Source: Candidatus Poribacteria bacterium
GTDB lineage: Bacteria > Poribacteria > WGA-4E > PCPOR2b
Reading direction: 5' to 3'
Assembly (NCBI GenBank): GCA_965218095.1
Contig: OZ244587.1
Location: 864,001 to 928,000 of the forward strand
Length of the DNA stretch: 64,000 bases
In this document: piece after piece, positions 20,962-31,480 of the stretch
How positions within the stretch are numbered: the stretch's first letter is position 1
Layout of the letters: each line of letters starts with the position of its first letter
Translations under genes and position numbers: made by a program
The notes under the pieces: model-generated
What the model saw: the letters and a program-made list of their open reading frames with translations, nothing else
What the model was told of the DNA's origin: nothing
Database searches by the model: none

Positions 20962-21921
20962 ATGAATAGAGTCCACACGCCTGTCTTAGTTGATGAAGTA
21001 GTTGGATTCTTGCAACCGAAAAGTCATAGTTTTTATGTGGATGGCACGGTTGGATTAGGTGGGCATGCCGCTGCTATTTTACAAGCCTCTGCGCCAGACG
21101 GGCGCCTTTTGGGTATTGATTTGGATTCAGAAGCGTTGGCCATTGCCAGGGAGAGGCTGAGTGAATACAAAGGACAGTTAACCCTCGTTCAGGGAAATTT
21201 TGTCCACTTAGATCGGCTGCTTGAAACGATGGCCCCTCAACTGAAATCGCGGGCTGAAGTTGATGGGGTTTTACTCGATTCAGGGGTTTCATCTTTGCAA
21301 CTCGATACGCCGGAGAGAGGGTTCAGTTTTACCCACCTCGGTCCCTTAGATATGCGCATGAATCAAAGCCAGTCGTTGTCAGCGGCACAAGTCGTGAGCC
21401 ACAGCCGAGAAGCTGAACTTGCTGATATTTTTACGCGCTTCGGTGAAGAACGCTGGGCGAAAAGAATAGCTCAGCAGATTGTTCAAGCCAGAAAGATTCA
21501 GCCTATCTCGACAACCCAACAACTTGCCGAAATTATCCGGCAGGCAATTTCCAAAAAATCGACCCGACCGCGTATCCATCCCGCGACAAAGGTTTTTCAG
21601 GCATTACGCATCTATATTAACGATGAGCTCAACAACCTGCATTCCGGTATAAATTGTGCGGTTTCCACCTTAAAGTCTGGTGGACGCATCTGCGTTATTT
21701 CATTCCACTCTCTCGAAGATCGAATCGTTAAAGAACAGTTTCGCACCCTATCGCGCACCTGCATCTGCCCACCGGGAACACCTGTCTGTGTGTGTCATCA
21801 TACACCATCCCTTCAGATATTAACCAAACGTCCAATTACTCCGAAGCCTGACGAAATTCGACAAAATCCTCGGTCTCGAAGTGCGAAATTGCGCGTCGCT
21901 ATGAAGATCCGCGAATCTTAA
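20962..21921 (+). CDS. rsmH: 16S rRNA m4C1402 methyltransferase
   Basis: 'HTPVLVDE', 'DGTVGLGGHA', 'FQALRIYIN', 'SFHSLEDRIVK', 'NPRSRSAKLR'. Confidence 0.97.
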   Translation: MNRVHTPVLVDEVVGFLQPKSHSFYVDGTVGLGGHAAAILQASAPDGRLLGIDLDSEALAIARERLSEYKGQLTLVQGNFVHLDRLLETMAPQLKSRAEVDGVLLDSGVSSLQLDTPERGFSFTHLGPLDMRMNQSQSLSAAQVVSHSREAELADIFTRFGEERWAKRIAQQIVQARKIQPISTTQQLAEIIRQAISKKSTRPRIHPATKVFQALRIYINDELNNLHSGINCAVSTLKSGGRICVISFHSLEDRIVKEQFRTLSRTCICPPGTPVCVCHHTPSLQILTKRPITPKPDEIRQNPRSRSAKLRVAMKIRES

Positions 21922-22167
21922 ACCGAAAATTTAGCGTTTCTTAAAAACAGGACGAAATTGGTTGCTATCACTAAATGCGTGGTGCGCTCGATTTGGCGCA
22001 TGGATCCAACTACCAGCGATTTGAGTTCAAGGGTTCAAAATTCAATCAACCCCCTGAACCCTTGAATCCGTGTACGCTTGCAATGTTAACCAATGCCGTG
22101 TGTGGGGGTTCTCAAAAGTTTAGTAATAGAACCCTCAGTCAATCTCTAAACATCGCGTGTTATAATC

Positions 22168-22461
22168 ATGAAATATAAAAAACCGAGTCGGTCGACAAAG
22201 TTTCATCCGTTTGCATACTTCGCTCTTGTCACTTACATCTGCATCTTTTTTGCGAGCGCATGGTTTTCGTCATACCAGCACAGGGTTGCCCTGCAAATGC
22301 GTGAGGGTTTTGAGCAGCGGAGAGATCAACTTCGCGACGAAATTAACAAACTAAAAATACAGGAAGCAAAGCTAACTTCAATTGAACGCATTCACGAAAT
22401 TGCGAAAGAGCTCCAGATGGTTCAACCCTCCGAGCCAGCCTACGTGTTGCGAAATGATTAA
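22168..22461 (+). CDS. ftsL: Cell division protein FtsL
   Basis: Single TM, coiled coil, 'LTSIERIHEIAKELQM'; position between rsmH and ftsI. Confidence 0.8.
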   Translation: MKYKKPSRSTKFHPFAYFALVTYICIFFASAWFSSYQHRVALQMREGFEQRRDQLRDEINKLKIQEAKLTSIERIHEIAKELQMVQPSEPAYVLRND

Positions 22462-22705
22462 ACTCGGTGAATCGACGCATCTGCAAATTCGCAAAACAAG
22501 GAATGTCCTCCCTTCGACAGACTCAGTGCTCCGATCCCTTTGGTAGATGTCGTCTCAATGGATCCCTTTTTGGGAGCCATTGAGTGAATCCGCAAAAATT
22601 TCGAGCTTCACATCCGTCCATTTGCCCCGATAGATCGGGGGATCTCGTTTCGATAGCGACTTGATTGCAAATTTCTGTTGAATCCCTTTATCCATTGACA
22701 AGCGT

Positions 22706-24460
22706 ATGAAAAATACACCTTCTTTCCGAATTATAATCGTATTGGTCGGTTTGGAGATCTGCTTAGGAATGTTGATAGGTCGCCTATTCCTGATTCAGTA
22801 TGTGCACGGTGAGACGTTGCGCGAACGCTCTGCGGGCCAGCGTAAAGTTCAGGTGGGCTCTCAGGCCAAGCGCGGCAAGATTCTCGATAGGCACGGAAGC
22901 GTCTACGCCATCAATCGAGATCTGGTTTCAGTCTATGCGGATCCGAAAACGATGAAAGCCGAACTCTACGAAGTGGCTCGCGAACTTGCTCCGCTGCTCA
23001 ATGTCCCGGAGGCTAAACTTCTGTCAGCGCTTCAGCGGAAAAACAGACGTTTTGTTTGGCTTCAGCGAAATCTGGACTATGAGTGTCTGAAGGACATTCG
23101 CGAAGTCATTAAAAGTATTCATGGGGTATGGTATCAGATCCACGGAAAGCGGTTTTACCCAAAAGATGAACTGGCATGCCACATTATCGGACATACGAAT
23201 TTCGCAAATGAGGGTATAGACGGAATCGAGCATCAGCATGATACTTACTTGAATGGGATTGCGAAAAACCTCCTTCCCGCCTCAAAACCGAAAGAGAAAC
23301 CGGCGATCATCGATGGGAAGAGACGTTCGATGAGCCCACCACAACTCTATCAAGAAGGAGCAAACTACGGCTATAACATCGTCCTTACGCTTGATGAATA
23401 TATTCAACATATTGCAGAAACAGAACTGATTGCCGGTTGCGAAAAGTGGCGCGCGAAAGCGGGGACTGCAATCGTCATGCACTCCAAAAGCGGTGAGATT
23501 TTGGCATTAGCAAATTATCCGAAGTACAACCTGAATCGCTATTCAAACAGCAAAGAGTCAGCCAAGCGCAATCGTGCCATCTGGATGCAATACGAACCCG
23601 GTTCTGTGTTTAAAATCGTCACAGCCTCTGCCGTCCTCAACGAGAAACTAATGTCTCCGCACTCGCGTGAGTATTGCGAGATGGGGAAATATCGTCTGTC
23701 CAATGGACATGTCATTCATGATGTTAAACCGAATGCGTGGCTAACACTTAGCGAGATTATCGCGAAGTCCAGTAATATCGGTATCATCAAGGTTGCGAGT
23801 CAGCTCGACAGAGAGCAGTTAGAAGCTTACACGCGCCGGTTCGGTTTTGGCAAAAAAACCGGCATCGATCTTCCTTATGAACAAGTCGGTAGCTTGAGGG
23901 GCATCCGAAAATGGGATAGCTATTCGATTGCTTCTGTTCCTTTTGGGCAAGGCATTTCTGCGACACCCCTCCAGATGTTGAACGCCATCAACGCAATTGC
24001 TACCAACGGCGTTCTTTTACAGCCGTATGTCACTCGACAAATTATTGATAAGGATGGAAGACCACTAGAACAATCACACCCAAAGCCGATTCGTCGCGTC
24101 ATTTCCGCAGAAACGGCACAGGAGATGACACGAATGCTTGTCGGTGTGACGGAAGCCGGTGGCGGGATGAAGGCGCGTGTCAAAGGATACGCTGTTGCAG
24201 GCAAAACCGGCACGGCGCAGAAAGCACAAAGAGGAAAGGGGTATGTAAAGGGTAAGGTGGTCAACACATTTGCAGGGTTCCTGCCGGCGGAAGACCCCTT
24301 AATCTCAATCATTGCTGTCGTTGATGAGCCGGCTGGCGCGCCGTTGAGTAGCCACGTTACAGCCCCAATTTTCCAGAAGATTGCCGATCAAGCGATGCGC
24401 TATTTGAGCCAGAAGAATCTGTTTGCCCAGGGCTTAACAGAGAATTATGAGGAAAACTAA
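22706..24460 (+). CDS. ftsI: Class B penicillin-binding protein (PBP3)
   Basis: 'KRGKILDRHG', SxxK 'EPGSVFK', SxN 'SSNIG', 'KTGTAQ'. Confidence 0.95.
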   Translation: MKNTPSFRIIIVLVGLEICLGMLIGRLFLIQYVHGETLRERSAGQRKVQVGSQAKRGKILDRHGSVYAINRDLVSVYADPKTMKAELYEVARELAPLLNVPEAKLLSALQRKNRRFVWLQRNLDYECLKDIREVIKSIHGVWYQIHGKRFYPKDELACHIIGHTNFANEGIDGIEHQHDTYLNGIAKNLLPASKPKEKPAIIDGKRRSMSPPQLYQEGANYGYNIVLTLDEYIQHIAETELIAGCEKWRAKAGTAIVMHSKSGEILALANYPKYNLNRYSNSKESAKRNRAIWMQYEPGSVFKIVTASAVLNEKLMSPHSREYCEMGKYRLSNGHVIHDVKPNAWLTLSEIIAKSSNIGIIKVASQLDREQLEAYTRRFGFGKKTGIDLPYEQVGSLRGIRKWDSYSIASVPFGQGISATPLQMLNAINAIATNGVLLQPYVTRQIIDKDGRPLEQSHPKPIRRVISAETAQEMTRMLVGVTEAGGGMKARVKGYAVAGKTGTAQKAQRGKGYVKGKVVNTFAGFLPAEDPLISIIAVVDEPAGAPLSSHVTAPIFQKIADQAMRYLSQKNLFAQGLTENYEEN

Positions 24461-24496
24461 GAGCGTCTGTGAGAAGTCTTACGATCGGGGTTAGAG

Positions 24497-25963
24497 GTGC
24501 AATCGATTGTGAACCTTCAACGCTTACTCCAACATGTAAACATTGTCTCATCAATTGGGGCACTCAATAAAAACATCGCTGGCATTGCAAGCGATTCTCG
24601 ATCCGTGCGGCCGGGGTATGCTTTCATCTGCTATGAAGGTGTCAAAGTTGATGGACATGCCTTTATTCCCCAGGCGATCCAAAATGGCGCAGCGGCGATT
24701 ATTGGAGAAAAGCTACCGCTAATAGATCTCCCACCCGATGTGACCTATATCCATACGCCGAGTGGACGTATCGCGCTCTCGCTTATCGCGGCAAACTGGT
24801 ACGGAAATCCGGCTAATCGGCTGAAGTTGATTGGTATCACCGGCACAAACGGAAAGACTTCGACAGCACACCTTGCGCACGCGATCTTTGAATCGGCAGG
24901 TCTGAAAGCAGCAATCATGGGCACCGTTGGGACGCGCTATGGTGATGTTGTTGTGCCGCCTTCTATAACGACGCTTGAGCCCTTGATGCTTGCCCAACTG
25001 TTCCGGAACATTGTCGATGCGGGCATGGATTATGTCATCATGGAAACCTCGTCGCAAGGCCTGGCGCAGCATCGGCTGGTGGGACTCACCTTTGAAACGG
25101 CTGTTTTCATGAATCTGACGCAGGATCATTTGGATTACCATCAAACGATGGAAGAATATCTGAATGCCAAACTGATGTTATTTCAGCAACTCAATCCTGA
25201 TAGCGGCTTGGCAGTTCTCAATGTAGATGACCCTGCTTCTGATGCACTTCATCATCAAACCAACCTCTCAACTCTCACTTTTGGTCTTGAGCAGCAAGCG
25301 GATCTGACAGTTCGCGACGTGGAATCGGCGCTTAGAGGGCTTGCGTTCACCGCAATCATGCCACAAGGAGAAATCCGTGTGAAGCTCCGTCTGTTGGGGG
25401 ATTACAACCTTTATAATGCCCTCGCCGCAATCGGGGTGGGGCTGCATCACGGTTGCCCGCTTGATGCGATTAAAGTAGGGCTTGAATCAACAGTCGTGCC
25501 GGGACGATTTGAGTTGGTCAATCGGGGACAGGATTTTGCTGTCGTTGTGGATTATGCGCATACGCCTGACGGTTTGGAAAACCTGTTGACCGCTGCCCGG
25601 AAAGTTACGTATGGACGTTTAATCTGCGTCTTTGGCTGCGGCGGAGATCGCGATCGTGGCAAGCGCCCGAAGATGGGCAAAATCTCCACAACCATCGCCG
25701 ATCACAGCGTTATCACCTCCGACAACCCACGCACCGAAGCACCAGACCAGATCATCGTCGACATCGTGGAAGGCTTACCCAACGGCGCAAGTTATGACCG
25801 AATTCCAGACCGCCGGGATGCCATCGGTCATGCAATTGAGTTGGCAAAGGCGGGCGATCTTGTTGCCATTGCAGGCAAGGGGCATGAGCCGTACCAAGAA
25901 ATCAACGGCGTGCGATTTGATTTCGATGACCGGGAAGTTGCAGCGGAATTTCTTGAGCCGTAG
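24497..25963 (+). CDS. murE: UDP-MurNAc-tripeptide synthetase (meso-DAP type)
   Basis: GTNGKTS, 'DYAHTPD', 'SDNPR', 'AGKGHE'. Confidence 0.97.
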   Translation: MQSIVNLQRLLQHVNIVSSIGALNKNIAGIASDSRSVRPGYAFICYEGVKVDGHAFIPQAIQNGAAAIIGEKLPLIDLPPDVTYIHTPSGRIALSLIAANWYGNPANRLKLIGITGTNGKTSTAHLAHAIFESAGLKAAIMGTVGTRYGDVVVPPSITTLEPLMLAQLFRNIVDAGMDYVIMETSSQGLAQHRLVGLTFETAVFMNLTQDHLDYHQTMEEYLNAKLMLFQQLNPDSGLAVLNVDDPASDALHHQTNLSTLTFGLEQQADLTVRDVESALRGLAFTAIMPQGEIRVKLRLLGDYNLYNALAAIGVGLHHGCPLDAIKVGLESTVVPGRFELVNRGQDFAVVVDYAHTPDGLENLLTAARKVTYGRLICVFGCGGDRDRGKRPKMGKISTTIADHSVITSDNPRTEAPDQIIVDIVEGLPNGASYDRIPDRRDAIGHAIELAKAGDLVAIAGKGHEPYQEINGVRFDFDDREVAAEFLEP

Positions 25964-26021
25964 AGGTCGCACTGATGAGGTCAATTTCATTCAATTACAG
26001 TGTCAGGAGATGGTGCTCGAC

Positions 26022-26171
26022 ATGGAAACAGGTTTCGAACTTTTTGTGATGGTAATCGCACCAGTATTTTATGCGATTCTCTTTTGGCTTGTTATACGAT
26101 TCGTTCGTGCAATAGAAAGAATCGCGGACAACGTGGAGAGAATCGCATCCAACGAGAACATCAGAGAGTAG
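26022..26171 (+). CDS. Small single-pass membrane protein (49 aa)
   Basis: METGFELFVMVIAPVFYAILFWLVIRFVRAIERIADNVERIASNENIRE; RBS aggag. Confidence 0.5.
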   Translation: METGFELFVMVIAPVFYAILFWLVIRFVRAIERIADNVERIASNENIRE

Positions 26172-26236
26172 GGGCGACCTACCTGTTCGACCGTTTGGCC
26201 CCATAGCAACCTCCTATACAAATCACGCATTACGCC

Positions 26237-27655
26237 ATGAATCTCACAATTGCTGAAATCCTGAAGGCAACCGACGGCAAACTCATTCGAGGGGACGCCA
26301 ACACAACTGCAACACAGATTTCGACGGACTCGCGCACGCTGAAAAAGGGAGCTCTTTTTGTCGCATTGGTCGGCGAAAAATTCGATGGACATAACTTCCT
26401 GGATGGCGTGTGTCAGCAAGGCGCCATCGGTGCGGTTGTATCGAAACAGGTCGCCGATGTCTCCCGACTGGCGCTGCCGATCATTGTCCAGGTAAACGAC
26501 ACGCTAGTTGCGCTGGGAGATATTGCCAATTGTCACCGTCGCAAGTTCGAGCTTCCAGTCGTCGCTATCACGGGCAGCAGCGGCAAAACCACGACAAAAG
26601 ATATGACAGCTTCTGTGTTGGCGCAACGGTTTTCCGTATTCAAATCCGAGGACAGTTACAATAATCAAATTGGTATTCCCTCGCGATTGATGCAACTCAG
26701 CGAAGCAGATGAGATTGCTGTATTAGAGATTGGCACAAGTTGGCCCGGCGAGATCGAGCGGCTGTCGCGGATAACGGTGCCGACTGTTGGCGTGATCACG
26801 AACATCGGACCGACGCATCTGGAATTGCTCGGTTCGATTGAAGGGGTCGCTGAGGAGAAAGGTGCATTGCTGGCCCATGTCAAACATGCCATTCTCAACG
26901 CCGAGGATCCGATGATGCCGAGGCTTGCCCGCCGCATGCGTGGTCATACGACCACATTTGGTTGGCAGACTGATGCGGATGTTTCTGCGCACGAGATTGA
27001 AATCGACGGTTTCGGAAAGCCCGCGTTCACGTTGAAGATTAGGGGGAAGGCAGTCGAAAGAGTTCATTTACCCTGCTTGGGAAAACACAACATCTGTAAC
27101 GCCCTCGCTGCTGCATGCGTTGGCGTCTGGGCGGGCTTAACGCTGACAGAAATTCGTGCAGGGCTAGAGCGTTTTCAGCCGGCGGACATGCGGATGCAGC
27201 CGATTGTACACAACGACTTGCATATCATCAACGATGCCTATAACTCAAATCCGGATTCTCTCAAGTATGTGCTGGAATTCTTCAGCAATATGGAAACCGA
27301 TGGCAGGCGGATTGCGATACTTGGTGACATGCTTGAACTCGGCGACCATTCTCACAGGTTCCACTTAAAAGCTGGACAGGATATCCCCACCAATATCAAC
27401 TTGCTGATCACCGTTGGTTCACATAGTCATGAAATCGCTCGTGGTGCAAAGGGCAGAGTCAAATCCATCATCTCCTGCGAGACTCCGAAGGAGGCTGTAC
27501 AGCAACTCCGCAAATCCGCCCAACCTGGTGACGCCGTTTTAATCAAAGGTTCGCGCGGTATGAAGTTGGAGCAGATCCTGGAAGAAGTGATGCGTAATAC
27601 GCAAAATGCAAATGCGCTTTATCATAGCCCACATCTAATTTCCTCATTTTTCTGA
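26237..27655 (+). CDS. murF: UDP-MurNAc-pentapeptide synthetase
   Basis: 'STDSR', 'GSSGKTTTK', 'NDAYNSNP', 'GDMLELG', 'KGSRG'. Confidence 0.97.
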   Translation: MNLTIAEILKATDGKLIRGDANTTATQISTDSRTLKKGALFVALVGEKFDGHNFLDGVCQQGAIGAVVSKQVADVSRLALPIIVQVNDTLVALGDIANCHRRKFELPVVAITGSSGKTTTKDMTASVLAQRFSVFKSEDSYNNQIGIPSRLMQLSEADEIAVLEIGTSWPGEIERLSRITVPTVGVITNIGPTHLELLGSIEGVAEEKGALLAHVKHAILNAEDPMMPRLARRMRGHTTTFGWQTDADVSAHEIEIDGFGKPAFTLKIRGKAVERVHLPCLGKHNICNALAAACVGVWAGLTLTEIRAGLERFQPADMRMQPIVHNDLHIINDAYNSNPDSLKYVLEFFSNMETDGRRIAILGDMLELGDHSHRFHLKAGQDIPTNINLLITVGSHSHEIARGAKGRVKSIISCETPKEAVQQLRKSAQPGDAVLIKGSRGMKLEQILEEVMRNTQNANALYHSPHLISSFF

Positions 27656-27661
27656 ACGATT

Positions 27662-28765
27662 ATGTTCTATTATCTGTTTTTTGAACAGTTCACAGATACG
27701 TTTTCACCATTCAACGTTTTCCGTTACATTAGCTTTCGATCCATCTACGCAACGGTGACAGCACTGTCAATCTCCTTGATTTTGGGCCCGTTCGTCATTC
27801 GGCATTTGAAGCGGTTGCGGATTGGTGAACAGATTCGGGAGGATGGTCCCGCAGCCCATCAGAGCAAGGCGGGTACACCGACGATGGGCGGGGTCCTCAT
27901 TATCTCGTCCGTGTTGATTTCAATCTTTCTGTGGGCTCGGTTAGATCAGCCCTACATTTTCGTCCTCACTTTCAGTCTTGTGTGGTTTGGTGGACTCGGT
28001 TTTCTTGATGACTATCAGAAGATTACCCAACAACAGTCGCTGGGTTTGCGCGGCTGGCATAAGATCATGCTGCAAACACTTGGCGCGCTAGCCATCGCCT
28101 ACTACCTTTACCGTTGGGGGCCTATCCCCACAGATGGTTTGACAAAAAAGACATCGATTATCATTCCTTTCTTCAAGCAACTTCGTCCCGATTTAGGCAT
28201 TTGGTTTATTCCGTTTACCGTGCTTGTAATTGTTGGCACCTCCAACACCGTTAACCTCACAGATGGCATGGATGGATTAGCGATCGGCTGTACCCTGTTT
28301 GTCGCAACAACATTTGGGGTTTTAGGTTACCTGACCAGTCATCAGCAGTTGGCAAGTTATCTCGATATCGCCCACATTCCAGCGAACGGAGAAGCCGCGA
28401 CTATTTTTTGTGCAGCATTGATTGGAGCCGGCTTAGGTTTTTTATGGTATAATTGCCATCCAGCGCAGATATTCATGGGCGACACCGGCTCATTAGCGCT
28501 TGGCGCCGCTCTTGGATTGGTTGCCGTTTTAACCAAAGAGGCGCTCTTGCTCGTGATTGTCGGTGGGATTTTCGTTGCAGAGGGGCTCTCCGTTATCATT
28601 CAGGTCTGGTCCTACAAGACGAGAAAAAAACGGGTGTTCAAGATGTCGCCGCTGCACTACCATTTTTTGCTGCTCGGTTGGAAAGAATCGAAGGTGGTGA
28701 TCCGATTCTGGATTATTGCCCTAATTCTGATGCTAATGGCATTGAGTACCCTCAAGCTGAGATAA
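27662..28765 (+). CDS. mraY: Phospho-N-acetylmuramoyl-pentapeptide transferase
   Basis: 'KAGTPTMGG', 'NLTDGMDGLA', 'FMGDTGS'. Confidence 0.98.
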   Translation: MFYYLFFEQFTDTFSPFNVFRYISFRSIYATVTALSISLILGPFVIRHLKRLRIGEQIREDGPAAHQSKAGTPTMGGVLIISSVLISIFLWARLDQPYIFVLTFSLVWFGGLGFLDDYQKITQQQSLGLRGWHKIMLQTLGALAIAYYLYRWGPIPTDGLTKKTSIIIPFFKQLRPDLGIWFIPFTVLVIVGTSNTVNLTDGMDGLAIGCTLFVATTFGVLGYLTSHQQLASYLDIAHIPANGEAATIFCAALIGAGLGFLWYNCHPAQIFMGDTGSLALGAALGLVAVLTKEALLLVIVGGIFVAEGLSVIIQVWSYKTRKKRVFKMSPLHYHFLLLGWKESKVVIRFWIIALILMLMALSTLKLR

Positions 28766-28950
28766 GACGCGAAACGTAGAATATATAAATGGAATAGAAA
28801 ACATAAAAGTATGGACTTATTTCTGTAGGGAGGCATTCTCAATGGAAAGGATGATTTTGGATCCGCAAGAAGAAAATTTAATCGGGTTATATTGAGAACT
28901 CTCATTCAGCAAACAGTAGAGGAATTTCATGAATTCGCCGATTTAATCTT

Positions 28951-30369
28951 ATGACATTCACAGGAAAACAGATCTCCGTCTTCGGACTCCATCGTAGCGG
29001 TGTTGCCGTCGCCAAACTACTGGACGACCTTGGCGCAAAGGTTCGCGTTACCGATCCAAAATCCGCCGATGAACTTCAAGGGGACATCGAGGCGCTGAAG
29101 GATCGAGAGATCGACTTCATTCTCGGCGGACATGGTCACCGTTGCATCAAGAAGGCGGATCTGATTGTCGTTTCGCCGGGCGTACCATTGGACATTCCCA
29201 TTCTACAAAAAGCGCGTTCAATGGGAATCCCGATCATTGGTGAGTTGGAGGTCGCTGCAAGCATATCTCCCGCACCGATTGTTGGGATTACGGGGACAAA
29301 AGGTAAGTCGACAACCACAATTTTAACCGCTGAGATTCTCAAGCGAGGAGGTTTCCGCAAAGTTTGCGTCGCAGGTAACATTGAGCCGCCGCTATCGAGC
29401 GAAGTCCAAAATTTAACGGCCGAAGATCTCGTCGTCCTCGAAGTCAGCAGTTTTCAGCTTGAAACGACGGTGAGGTTTCGACCAATGGTGAGCGTTGTTC
29501 TAAATCTCTCACGTGATCATTTGGATCGGCATCGGACGATGGAAGCGTATCGGGCGGCAAAGCTGAAAATCTGTGCAAACCAGACAGCGGCGGACTGGAT
29601 TGTGCTGAATGCGGCGGATGAAGACGTTGCAGTCTTTGCCGACGAGACACAGGCGCAAGCGATTTACTTTACGGACGTGACTGCCTCTGAAATGGGAACT
29701 TATGTGCGAGGTGATCAGGTCTTTGCAAAGTGCGAGGGTGAATCCCACCGGATCTGTGATGTCGCAGACATCCCGCTGCTTGGACAACATAACCTCCAAA
29801 ATGTTCTCGCTGCGACGGCGGTCGGGCAGATTTTCGGCATCTCACCGAATATGATGGGCGCGGCGATTCGTGGTTTCTCCCCCGCAGAATACGCCGCGCT
29901 TGAACACGCCTTTGAACCAGTCAAAACGATCAACGGTGTTCGATTCATCAACGATTCCAAAGCCACGAATGTCGCCGCAGTCAAAGCCGCGCTCGAATCG
30001 TTGTCGGATCCAATCCTGCTGATCATGGGCGGATACGATAAGGGCAATGACTACCAACCGTTGGTTGATCTCGTTCGATCTAAGGTCAAAGGATTAATAT
30101 TGCTTGGTTCGCACACGCAAATAATCCGAAACGCACTTGCTTCACAGGTCGTTACGTGGGATGCAGCGACGATGAGCGACGCTGCCAGGATTGCGTACTC
30201 GCACGCTGTGCCAGGTGACATCGTGCTTTTGTCACCCGCGAATGCAAGTTTCGATATGTTCACGGATTATAAGACACGTGGTCGAGTTTTTCGGGAGGCG
30301 GTCAACCAACTTGAATCAACAGAGGCAAGCCAAAGATCCGATATTAATCTGGAAACATTATCCGCTTAA
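28951..30369 (+). CDS. murD: UDP-MurNAc-L-Ala:D-Glu ligase
   Basis: 'SPGVP', 'LEVSSFQL', 'DHLDRH', 'NDSKATN', 'LLSPANASFDMF'. Confidence 0.96.
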   Translation: MTFTGKQISVFGLHRSGVAVAKLLDDLGAKVRVTDPKSADELQGDIEALKDREIDFILGGHGHRCIKKADLIVVSPGVPLDIPILQKARSMGIPIIGELEVAASISPAPIVGITGTKGKSTTTILTAEILKRGGFRKVCVAGNIEPPLSSEVQNLTAEDLVVLEVSSFQLETTVRFRPMVSVVLNLSRDHLDRHRTMEAYRAAKLKICANQTAADWIVLNAADEDVAVFADETQAQAIYFTDVTASEMGTYVRGDQVFAKCEGESHRICDVADIPLLGQHNLQNVLAATAVGQIFGISPNMMGAAIRGFSPAEYAALEHAFEPVKTINGVRFINDSKATNVAAVKAALESLSDPILLIMGGYDKGNDYQPLVDLVRSKVKGLILLGSHTQIIRNALASQVVTWDAATMSDAARIAYSHAVPGDIVLLSPANASFDMFTDYKTRGRVFREAVNQLESTEASQRSDINLETLSA

Positions 30370-31480
30370 AGGAGAGATAGACCACTTTCTGCTCTTCATC
30401 ACGTTATGCCTCGTCGCAATCGGGGTCGTGATGGTCTACAGTTCAAGCAACATACTTGCTTATGAACTGCATAACGAAAATAGTTATCACTACCTGAGGG
30501 CACAGCTAATCGCCTGTATACTTGGATTGATCAGCATGTTTGCAGCTTCATACTTCCCCTACCAGTATTATCAAAAGTATGCAAAGCAGATTTTATTTCT
30601 GGCGCTGATCAGCCTGCTGCTGGTATTTTCTCCGATTGGGCATGGCATTCGTTCGGTCGATGGCATTAAATTCCATCGATGGATGCGGATTGCTGGAATG
30701 CAATTTCAGCCGGTTGAGTTGGCAAAACTTGGCCTGGTGATTTATATTTCTCATTTCCTTGTCAGCAAATGCAACCAGATTCGCAGCCTCACTCGCGGGG
30801 TGCTTCCCACCATTTTTATACTTTCTATCACGTTTATTCTCTTGTACAAACAACCGGATTTCGGATCTGCGGTTTTATTAAGTTTAGTGGTCTTTGTGTT
30901 GTTGTTCGTGGGAGGCGCACGTCCATCACAGATCATCCTGGTCATTGGAATTGCCTGTTTCTTTATCTACGCTTCAATCCAGGGCGATGCCTATAAAATG
31001 CAGCGGATTCATGATTTTCTGAGCGCACTGAAGCCTCCCTATGTGACGAATTATCAAGTCACCCAATCCTTAAATTCACTCGCACTTGGCGGATTATTCG
31101 GCGCAGGCATCGGCAACAGCATTTATAAACTCTTTTATCTTCCCTATCCGCATACGGATTTTATCTTTGCAATTCTCGGTGAAGAACTCGGTTTTATCGG
31201 CGGGTTCGGCGTGATTGTCCTTTTTATGTTGCTCATCTGGAGGGGCATCCATATCGCGCAGCATGCCACTGATGAGTTTGCGGGTTTGGTTGCCATTGGA
31301 ATTACCACACTGATTGGATTGCAAACGATTATCAATATTGGCGTGGTAACCAGTGTGTTGCCAACGAAAGGAATTACGCTTCCGTTCATCAGTTACGGTG
31401 GTTCATCGCTCTTAATCAGCTTGGTGAGCGTCGGGATTCTGCTCAATATTTCACGCGGAATGGGAGAGGAGGCCAACTGA
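30311..31480 (+). CDS. ftsW: SEDS peptidoglycan polymerase FtsW (start uncertain)
   Basis: 'QPVELAK', 'QPDFG', 'HTDFIF', 'GITLPFISYGGSS'. Confidence 0.95.
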   Translation: MNQQRQAKDPILIWKHYPLKGEIDHFLLFITLCLVAIGVVMVYSSSNILAYELHNENSYHYLRAQLIACILGLISMFAASYFPYQYYQKYAKQILFLALISLLLVFSPIGHGIRSVDGIKFHRWMRIAGMQFQPVELAKLGLVIYISHFLVSKCNQIRSLTRGVLPTIFILSITFILLYKQPDFGSAVLLSLVVFVLLFVGGARPSQIILVIGIACFFIYASIQGDAYKMQRIHDFLSALKPPYVTNYQVTQSLNSLALGGLFGAGIGNSIYKLFYLPYPHTDFIFAILGEELGFIGGFGVIVLFMLLIWRGIHIAQHATDEFAGLVAIGITTLIGLQTIINIGVVTSVLPTKGITLPFISYGGSSLLISLVSVGILLNISRGMGEEAN

